Source of the DNA: a virus
Taxonomy: Duplodnaviria > Caudoviricetes
Virus record (IMG/VR): IMGVR_UViG_3300048670_000777
Span: 1 to 39,717 of that record
Length of the DNA stretch: 39,717 bases
Strand: one strand, 5' to 3'
The position numbers and the translations under genes are program-made. Every line of letters begins with the position of its first letter. Position 1 is the stretch's first letter. The notes below the pieces were generated by a model. It ran no database searches. It saw only the letters and a program-made list of their open reading frames with translations, and was not told the DNA's origin. Below, one piece after another: positions 28,727-36,659 of the stretch.

Positions 28727-31480
28727 ATGGCTACGCCTGTACTGAAAATAAAAAGAAAACAATCAGGAACTGGTGCCCCCAGTTCATTGCAACCTGGAGA
28801 ATTAGCGGCTGATATAACTTCTCAAATTCTTTATATTGGAAATTCATTAGGGACTCCTATTGCAATAGGAACAGGATCTGTTGCTTCTGGGGGAGTTTCT
28901 AGTGTAGCTCTAAGTACTCCAGATATTTTTTCTGTTTCTGGTTCACCAATATCATCTGGGCAATCTGGAACACTAAGTTTTTCTTTAGCAAATCAAAGCC
29001 AAAATACATTTTTTGCTGGCCCAATTAATTCAACTGGAACGCCTTCTTTTCGAAAAATTCATCCAGACGATTTTACCACTGGTGGTACTAATGGTAAATA
29101 TTTAACTTCGGATGGAGCAAACTTTTTTTGGTCCACTCCTCCAGGAGGATCTGGTGGTTCTCCGGCAGGAAGTAATGGACAAATACAAATTGCAGCATCT
29201 TCTGGATTTTCTTCATTAAATAATTTTCAAATTTTAAATAATTCTTCAGTATTTTCTACACCAAATACAGCAAATTTAATTACAAATTCTGCAGTACAAA
29301 ATACAACCTACAGTAGAATTAAATTTTCATTTAATAATATTATTTCTAATAATGATATTGTTAATATTAAATTTGACGGAACATCAAGTGCAAATTATGT
29401 TGTAAGAAATATAACAAACGGTTCATTTAAATTATATGCATTACCCACAGGTTCTGGTGGAACAATAAATACCACTGCTAATATATTCAGTAGTCCTATA
29501 ACATCAAAATCTAAAGTAGAAATAATACCATATACAAATTCATCTTCTCCTATATTTGTACAAGGAACTTTAAAAACTTCATCAACAGCATCTACAATCA
29601 CATTATCGTCATCACCATCTTCACTAGGGTTAACAGTTGGAATGAGAGTTACTAGTGGTATTGCACCAATAAAAATAAGAGGAATAATTTTAACTACAAC
29701 AGCATCTAGTTCATTTACAACAGCAGATAGTCTTTTGTCTGGTTATCTTGATTGTTTTGTTGATACGGATAATACTAGTATTTCTACATTAGGAACAACA
29801 CCAACAAATGATACAAAATCAATTTCTGGTCTTTTAGCAAATAACACATATATTAGTGCAGTAAATACATCAACTAAAACTATTACATTAAGTACTAATA
29901 TTTTAGGAACATTTGTTAATACAGACGGTAATCCAGATAAAATAAACGATACAAAAGCAGTAGTTAATATTGTGTTTTATCCTAAAGGGTGTATGCGTCC
30001 TGATACATTTATTACCCATATAGACGAAACAAATAAAGTAATAACTTTAAACCAAAAACAACATAATACAACAGATACTAGTGGTAATGCTTTTACTTTT
30101 TATTTTAGCAATTCAGAAAAACAAATTTTTTCATTTGGTACTCCGCTGTTAAATTCTACTGCAGATTTAATTTCTAATGAAAGTATTTCTTTAATAAAGC
30201 AATTAAATGATGGTGGTAGAAATTTAGAACAAAAAATATTATTTAAATCTCCAGAAAATTATAGTATAAGTATATCTAATACATTAGCAAATAACACCAC
30301 TTCATTAACATTATCAATAAAACAAAATTTAGCAGAAATTAATGTTGGAGATATTGTGTTGTATGCTACAACTAGTGATGGTTCTTCGGTTTATGTTCCG
30401 GGTACTTTATGTTATGTATCAGCAATAAATTATAATACGGGTGTGTTAACTCTTAATACTGGAATATCAAGTATTCCTTCAGGTATTTCAAATTCTTTAT
30501 TAACATTAAGATCCAGCAGAACAATAAAAAGTGTAATAGAACACAGAAGTTATCCATATTCTCAATATATGGCAAGTAAAAGATACAATTCTACTAATTC
30601 TATAAAAGAAGCAGTTGACTTTGGGTATTCTCAAGGAAAATTGTCATATGGAGCAAATTCTTTTGAACAATATTTATTTGATGTTTCTCAAAATTCTAGT
30701 ACAAATAATTTAGGTTCAATAAATGACATGGGATTATATATATGCAGTGATACATCAATAAAAATTGGATTATCTACAATAAGTAGAGGTGCAAATTCTG
30801 AAGGTTCTTTTATAAAAGAACCAATAGACTCTGTTCTTTCGCATATTTCAATTGAACCTACAGTTTATAATAATGATGAGACTATAAATGGCATTTTTTT
30901 TAAAAATGTTCCTGTTATTACTTCAACTAATGTTTATGCTAATTCTAATTATATTTACGTTTTAGGGTGTAGATCAGACACACCAAGAATGAATGATGGG
31001 TTTAATTATTCAGTTTGGTATAGATTGGCAACAACTGCAGTTTCAACATTAGTGGCAGGAAATGGTACAAATAAAGATGAAATTGTAAATGAAATTACTG
31101 GTGAATCAGAAATAGTTTTTTCACTTTCTGATGAAGTTCCAGTCAATACATCTCTAACAGTACCTTTATTAAAAAGCCCAGAAACAACAGATCTCAGCAT
31201 AACAACCACTTCTTCTAATTCAAATATTAATATTACAATTCCAGAAAGCAACACAGATGTTGCTCTTTCATCTGGTAGCATTTATATTACTTCAGGATTA
31301 GACGCAGGCGATGTATATGTGCAATCTGCAGAAGATATTTATTTAACTTCTCAAACAACAAGGGTTTCTGGTAATTTAATTGTTGATGGTTATATCCAAG
31401 TTGCAAATGGAATAATTGGAGATGCCACCGATGGAGAAGAAGAACTTTCTGGTCTATATTTGGATGGAGGTTCTTTCTGA
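28727..31480 (+). CDS. Tail-fibre-like protein (segment 2)
   Basis: N-terminus LKIKRK...PGELAAD...LYIG, PAGSNGQIQ fibre motif, C-terminal LDGGSF. Confidence 0.8.
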   Translation: MATPVLKIKRKQSGTGAPSSLQPGELAADITSQILYIGNSLGTPIAIGTGSVASGGVSSVALSTPDIFSVSGSPISSGQSGTLSFSLANQSQNTFFAGPINSTGTPSFRKIHPDDFTTGGTNGKYLTSDGANFFWSTPPGGSGGSPAGSNGQIQIAASSGFSSLNNFQILNNSSVFSTPNTANLITNSAVQNTTYSRIKFSFNNIISNNDIVNIKFDGTSSANYVVRNITNGSFKLYALPTGSGGTINTTANIFSSPITSKSKVEIIPYTNSSSPIFVQGTLKTSSTASTITLSSSPSSLGLTVGMRVTSGIAPIKIRGIILTTTASSSFTTADSLLSGYLDCFVDTDNTSISTLGTTPTNDTKSISGLLANNTYISAVNTSTKTITLSTNILGTFVNTDGNPDKINDTKAVVNIVFYPKGCMRPDTFITHIDETNKVITLNQKQHNTTDTSGNAFTFYFSNSEKQIFSFGTPLLNSTADLISNESISLIKQLNDGGRNLEQKILFKSPENYSISISNTLANNTTSLTLSIKQNLAEINVGDIVLYATTSDGSSVYVPGTLCYVSAINYNTGVLTLNTGISSIPSGISNSLLTLRSSRTIKSVIEHRSYPYSQYMASKRYNSTNSIKEAVDFGYSQGKLSYGANSFEQYLFDVSQNSSTNNLGSINDMGLYICSDTSIKIGLSTISRGANSEGSFIKEPIDSVLSHISIEPTVYNNDETINGIFFKNVPVITSTNVYANSNYIYVLGCRSDTPRMNDGFNYSVWYRLATTAVSTLVAGNGTNKDEIVNEITGESEIVFSLSDEVPVNTSLTVPLLKSPETTDLSITTTSSNSNINITIPESNTDVALSSGSIYITSGLDAGDVYVQSAEDIYLTSQTTRVSGNLIVDGYIQVANGIIGDATDGEEELSGLYLDGGSF

Positions 31481-31523
31481 ACACATATATACTCTAGAAG
31501 TGTGCAGCAAAGAAATATAAAAA

Positions 31524-33977
31524 ATGTCAACAATAAAAATAAAAAGATCACAAACAGCAGCAGCGCAACCAGCATCACTTGCTTACGGTGAACTTGCTAT
31601 TAATATTACAGATAAAAAAATATTTATTGGTAACAGTTCCGGTGCGACTACTCTTTTAATTGATGGAAATGCAATAGGTGGTTCAACATCAACCGAAACA
31701 ATTCAAGACGCTGCTGCTTCTCTGTTCACTACAGGAACACATACAGGAATTTCTATATCTTATCCAGATACAAACAATGCAATTAATTTAACAAATACTG
31801 GTGTTCTTTCGTTTAACACAAGAACTGGTGCAGTATCTTTAACTTCATCTGATGTCACAACTGCTCTTGGATTTACTCCAGTTAACTTTCTTGGCTATGA
31901 CTACGAGATTCATGTTAGTCAAGTAGATGGGAATGATACTACTGGTAACGGTGATTTACTTACTCCTGTTGCTTCTATTACTAAGGCACTGACTTTAGTA
32001 GGTTCACAGCGTAAAACCATCATTGTTCACCCAGGAACTTACACTGAAAGCCCTTCAATAACTGTTCAGTACACGACCATAACTGGTCCTGGTCTTATTG
32101 GTGGAAACATCGTAATTTCTGGAACTGTAAGCACAAACACAGGTTGCACTATTTCAGGTATAAAGATGACCAACCTGACTGTGACTACACCTAGCGGTGC
32201 AGGAAATGTAAACATCCTTAACTGTGAAGTTTCTGGAACTTTCACAAAAAGCAGTAATGCTGACTACACCGTTCTTCGTTTGTGTGACCTCACCTCTGCA
32301 AGTATTACTGGAGCAGGTTTAGTAGCTATCTTCGGTGGTAATCCAAACTTTATAACAGTTAATAATGCTAGTGCAAATGTAATCGTTAAAAGTGCGGTTA
32401 CTGTTTCACCAGTTCTAACTGCTGGAGCACTAAGTATTGTAGATTGCGTTGTGGGTGCTGCAGTAACCAACGCTGTTACATCGGCTGCCTCAAGTGTGAT
32501 TACCTTAGCCAATAGCCAGTTTTTAACATCAAACCTAGGTGGTGTTGCCCCAGTTGTTTTGAACGGCTTTTACTCAATACTCAACTGTGTATACGATAAG
32601 CCAAACTCGACTCTAGTGGCTACATCAGGAACTGGTGGAACTACTAACTCTATTGATTACTTCCAATACATCAACGCCGATAAGTTTATTACTCAAGGTG
32701 GAACTTCTGCTCAGTTTGTGAAGGGTGACGGTTCTCTTGACTCCATAAATGCACTCACAATAGGAACTGGTTTATCTGGAAGTTCTTATAATGGATCCAC
32801 TGGTGTTACCATTGCTATAGATTCTACTGTAGCAACCTTAACTGGAAATCAAACATTAACTAACAAGACATTAACCAGTCCAACAATAAACAGTCCAACA
32901 ATAAGTAATCTTTATCTATCTGATGGACTTATTCTTGTTGAAGGTACAACAAACGATTCAAATGAAATGTCTCTTGTTGTTGGAACATTAACTGCTGATA
33001 GAACAATTACATTCCCAAATGCAACTGGTACAGTAATCACAACTGGCAATTTAACTTCTATTACATCGACAGGTACTATTGCGTCTGGTACATGGAACGG
33101 AACAGCAATTGGAACAGTTTATGGTGGTACTGGATTAACTTCATATACTCTTGGTGATCTAATTTATAGTTCTGCGTCAAATACATTATCTAAGTTATCC
33201 GGAAATACTACAAGTACAAAGAAGTTTTTAGCACAAACTGGTACTGGTACTGTTTCGGCAGCACCATCTTGGACTACATTGACCAGCACTGATGTTGGTC
33301 TTGGAAATGTAGAAAACACAGCGTTATCTACTTGGGCAGGATCCTCAAATATTACTACTGTTGGTAATTTGGTAGGATTAACTTTAAATACTGGGTTTAT
33401 TACTATAAACACAGGTGAAACAGAAACACTTTATATTAATAATACTGGAAATACTACAACATACATAGGAGATGTAGATGGTTCTGGAAACGGAACATAT
33501 ATTGTTATTGACGATGCTCTTGGAACTATTACACTAAATTCAGTAGGTGGAATAGACAATAGTGGTGCTGCTTTTAACTCTAGTGTAACAGGACCATCGT
33601 TCACAGATACCTATTCAGTAATTCGAACATATCGAACTACCACATCGTCTACTACAGACAGTCAAACTATTGCTACGGTTAGTGGTGTTTATTCAGTCGC
33701 AGATGGTATGAATTATTCCGCATTTGAAGTCACCGTGTCAGCATGGGATACGGTAGCATTAAAGGGAGAAATGCTCAAGATGTTGGTGATGCAGGACGGA
33801 AGCAATACTGTAAACACGCAATATGGATACATTCGTACAGGAGCAACTAGCATTGTGTCTTCGTATACTACAGGCTTAACAGGTGTATCAAATAAAAGTT
33901 TGCAAATTAAAGCAACACCACTTTCCGCAAACTCTACAAATTTCACAGTAACAGTTCGTTATCATATAGGAGTATAA
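31524..33977 (+). CDS. Tail-fibre-like protein (segment 3) with a putative beta-helix module
   Basis: N-terminus IKIKRS...LAYGELAIN...IFIG; HVSQVDGNDTTGNG...PGTYTE; TLTNKTL; GTWNGT...GGTG; no C-terminal plug. Confidence 0.8.
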   Translation: MSTIKIKRSQTAAAQPASLAYGELAINITDKKIFIGNSSGATTLLIDGNAIGGSTSTETIQDAAASLFTTGTHTGISISYPDTNNAINLTNTGVLSFNTRTGAVSLTSSDVTTALGFTPVNFLGYDYEIHVSQVDGNDTTGNGDLLTPVASITKALTLVGSQRKTIIVHPGTYTESPSITVQYTTITGPGLIGGNIVISGTVSTNTGCTISGIKMTNLTVTTPSGAGNVNILNCEVSGTFTKSSNADYTVLRLCDLTSASITGAGLVAIFGGNPNFITVNNASANVIVKSAVTVSPVLTAGALSIVDCVVGAAVTNAVTSAASSVITLANSQFLTSNLGGVAPVVLNGFYSILNCVYDKPNSTLVATSGTGGTTNSIDYFQYINADKFITQGGTSAQFVKGDGSLDSINALTIGTGLSGSSYNGSTGVTIAIDSTVATLTGNQTLTNKTLTSPTINSPTISNLYLSDGLILVEGTTNDSNEMSLVVGTLTADRTITFPNATGTVITTGNLTSITSTGTIASGTWNGTAIGTVYGGTGLTSYTLGDLIYSSASNTLSKLSGNTTSTKKFLAQTGTGTVSAAPSWTTLTSTDVGLGNVENTALSTWAGSSNITTVGNLVGLTLNTGFITINTGETETLYINNTGNTTTYIGDVDGSGNGTYIVIDDALGTITLNSVGGIDNSGAAFNSSVTGPSFTDTYSVIRTYRTTTSSTTDSQTIATVSGVYSVADGMNYSAFEVTVSAWDTVALKGEMLKMLVMQDGSNTVNTQYGYIRTGATSIVSSYTTGLTGVSNKSLQIKATPLSANSTNFTVTVRYHIGV

Positions 33978-33990
33978 CTGAGAATATAAC

Positions 33991-34659
33991 ATGGCAGATA
34001 CTATATTACCATTCAATGCAATTTCCGGATTAGAATCTACTGATTCTTCTGGTTTAATATCCAAATTACAAGTTTTTAGACCAATGACAGGTGGAACAGG
34101 AAATAATTTAAAATATTTACATTGTGATTACTGTACCGCAGGAACCGTTTCTGCTTCTGCTGCAACAAATACTCTTGTATATTACCTACCATTTACTATT
34201 GGTGGATCTGGAAATACTTCAGTAAAGGCAGCAGTTCAAAGTGCTGCTTCCAGTCCCGGAGCAAGTCCGGGAACAATAACAGCAAAAATATATGGTGCAT
34301 CATCAACAACAGGAAATCCATCTGGAAGTTCTCTTTATGATTTAGGAACAATAACACTAACAAATACAACAAGTGCTGCCTTTATTGGTGATACAACAGT
34401 TTCATTACCTCCCGGACACTATTGGATTGGGTATAAATTTAGTGCTACACCAATATTAAGAAGACTACAAATAGAACAAGGTGCTTCATACAGAACTGTT
34501 GGTGGAGAAGTTCAATCTGGAACAAATTATATTTTTTCGTATTTTAGTGAAACTGTATCATCTGGTTCCACTGCACCTTCCACAGTTGGAACAGTATCAG
34601 AAACTAATAGTACATCTTTAAACACAGTAGTTCCAGCTATATATTTACAGGTACAATAA
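33991..34659 (+). CDS. Putative distal fibre / receptor-binding protein
   Basis: Ser/Thr/Gly-rich beta domain (YYLPF...AKIYG...LPPGHYWIG) following the last fibre gene. Confidence 0.5.
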   Translation: MADTILPFNAISGLESTDSSGLISKLQVFRPMTGGTGNNLKYLHCDYCTAGTVSASAATNTLVYYLPFTIGGSGNTSVKAAVQSAASSPGASPGTITAKIYGASSTTGNPSGSSLYDLGTITLTNTTSAAFIGDTTVSLPPGHYWIGYKFSATPILRRLQIEQGASYRTVGGEVQSGTNYIFSYFSETVSSGSTAPSTVGTVSETNSTSLNTVVPAIYLQVQ

Positions 34660-34660
34660 T

Positions 34661-34984
34661 ATGAAAATAGTAAAAACTAATTCTGATGGTTCGACCACTC
34701 TAACAGATTTAAGAGTTTTTTCTTTAGTTAAACAAAACCAATTAAACGCAGTTAAATCTCGGGCAATGGAATTAATACTAGAAGGTGCTCCTGAATATAA
34801 ACAACGAAACGCTGCTTTAGGTTTATTATCTGATGCGGAAGCAAATGCAATCCGAGCACATATTCAAAGTATTCGCACAATTTCCAACCAAAAAGAAGTT
34901 CAAATAGAAGCAATTACATGGAATGGTGATCCCGCAACCCGTGCTGCTGCTTGTGATGCAATAGAACAAATTTATTGGGATTAA
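34661..34984 (+). CDS. Putative tail-fibre assembly chaperone
   Basis: Small helical protein (ILEGAPEYKQRNAALG...IRTISN) closing the fibre cassette. Confidence 0.5.
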   Translation: MKIVKTNSDGSTTLTDLRVFSLVKQNQLNAVKSRAMELILEGAPEYKQRNAALGLLSDAEANAIRAHIQSIRTISNQKEVQIEAITWNGDPATRAAACDAIEQIYWD

Positions 34985-34986
34985 AT

Positions 34987-35014
34987 TTGACATTTTTGTT
35001 TGTGAGGTTATACT
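34987..35014 (+). promoter_or_regulatory. Sigma70-type promoter TTGACA-N16-TATACT
   Basis: Fills the intergenic gap; predicted +1 at about the dut ATG (35021). Confidence 0.65.
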
Positions 35015-35020
35015 TTTATC

Positions 35021-35542
35021 ATGTTAAAAATCTACAAGTTATACCCTGAAGTAAAGACACCAAAGAAAGCAACTGCACAGGCTGCGTGTTTCGATTTACA
35101 TGCTTATCTTGGTCAACCTCTCTATGAAGTAAAAGGTTATTGTGCAAATAATAGAGAGTGTGTAGCAAGAATTACAGAATCAAAAGAAGAAAATCGTTAT
35201 ATTGCTATTGATCCCGGTCAAAGACTTTTAGTTCCGACTGGGATTATTTTTAATATTCCTTCTGGTTATTCTGTGCGTATTCATGCGAGATCTGGTCTAT
35301 CACTAAAGCAAGGTCTTGTTATGGCAAATGCACAAGGCATTATTGATTCTGATTATGTAGAAGAATCTAGAATTATGTTGCACAATATCTCAAATGATAA
35401 ATTATATATTTACAACGGAGATCGTATAGCACAAGCAGAAATGATTCGTTGTGAATTGTATGATATTGCAGAAACAGCAGAAAGACCAGCACAAAAAACA
35501 GACAGAAGCGGTGGGTTTGGTTCCACAGGAGTTAGTATTTGA
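35021..35542 (+). CDS. dut: Trimeric dUTPase
   Basis: All five motifs present: ACFDL, RSGL, GIIDSDY, GDRIAQ, RSGGFGSTG. Confidence 0.96.
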   Translation: MLKIYKLYPEVKTPKKATAQAACFDLHAYLGQPLYEVKGYCANNRECVARITESKEENRYIAIDPGQRLLVPTGIIFNIPSGYSVRIHARSGLSLKQGLVMANAQGIIDSDYVEESRIMLHNISNDKLYIYNGDRIAQAEMIRCELYDIAETAERPAQKTDRSGGFGSTGVSI

Positions 35543-36327
35543 AATTTTATATGTCATATTGGTCTGGAGGATATTATAAAAATATCAACCAATATCTCAT
35601 AGATTTTCATAAACTTTCTGTATTTTTAATAAAAAAATATTATGGTGAGTGTCATTTAATAACTGATACTTATAGTAAAGATTTTTTTAAAGATGTCCAA
35701 TTTACTTCTATTAATACTGATCTTGATGTTTTAAATGGAGTCAAAACACATAATTGGGCATTAGGAAAAATATTTACTTATAAATTATTAAGTGAAAAAA
35801 ATATTCCATTTGTACATATAGATTATGATGTATTTTTATGGAATCCTTTACCTCAAAAACTATTAGATTCTCAAGTCTTTGTTCAAAATATTGAACAAAA
35901 TGTTTATGAAACTTATAATTTAACAGTATTGGATAAACTTTATTTTAATAAACATTTAATAGATAAAATTTCTACTAAAGATACTGCATATAATATGGGT
36001 ATATTTGGTGGAAATAATTTAGAGTTTATAAAAAAATATGCAAATGCAGCAATACAATTCACTCTAGATGAAGATAATGTTTATTGTTACAATGAAATGA
36101 TAAAAAAATATAGTTATGCAGTTGCCTGTCTATGTGAGCAATATTATTTAAATATATGTTCTAAAAAATGGAATATACCGATTACTTGTTTACTAAATAA
36201 AACAGATGAAAATAAATTGGAAGAAGAAGCAAATCAAATTGGCTATACTCATATAAACTATGGGAAAGATGAGCCAAAAGTAAAAGAAAATTTATATTTA
36301 AGACTTAAAGAATTGGGTATTAATTAA
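35539..36327 (+). CDS. DUF6734-like protein, putative GT-A fold nucleotide-sugar transferase
   Basis: LITD, WALGKIFTY, FVHIDYDVFLW (DxD), NMGIFGG, EQYYL; TTG start with AGGAG RBS. Confidence 0.65.
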   Translation: MKFYMSYWSGGYYKNINQYLIDFHKLSVFLIKKYYGECHLITDTYSKDFFKDVQFTSINTDLDVLNGVKTHNWALGKIFTYKLLSEKNIPFVHIDYDVFLWNPLPQKLLDSQVFVQNIEQNVYETYNLTVLDKLYFNKHLIDKISTKDTAYNMGIFGGNNLEFIKKYANAAIQFTLDEDNVYCYNEMIKKYSYAVACLCEQYYLNICSKKWNIPITCLLNKTDENKLEEEANQIGYTHINYGKDEPKVKENLYLRLKELGIN

Positions 36328-36338
36328 AGGATTATATT

Positions 36339-36659
36339 ATGACAAAAGAAGAATTGTTAGAAAATCACAAAAAGCTTTGTGAAACTGCAAGAGCACTTAT
36401 GGAAAAGAAAAATGCAGATTATGCTGGTCGTTCTGGAACTGAACCCTTCGCTAACTTTACAAGAGTAGAGGCAATGGGTATTTGTTCAACAGAGAGAGGA
36501 ATGCTTGTTAGACTTACTGATAAGATGAGCAGATTATCCTCGTTCATGGAATCTGGCAAATTAGAAGTTGCAAATGAATCTTTTGAGGATACAATAGTGG
36601 ATGTAATCAATTATATGATATTATTACATTCATATCTCAAAGATAAACAAAATGCATAA
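36339..36659 (+). CDS. Nucleotide-modification-associated domain 1 (DUF1599 / all-alpha NTP-PPase-like) protein
   Basis: KKNADY, PFANF, VRLTDKMSRL, ESFEDTIVDVINY. Confidence 0.75.
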   Translation: MTKEELLENHKKLCETARALMEKKNADYAGRSGTEPFANFTRVEAMGICSTERGMLVRLTDKMSRLSSFMESGKLEVANESFEDTIVDVINYMILLHSYLKDKQNA

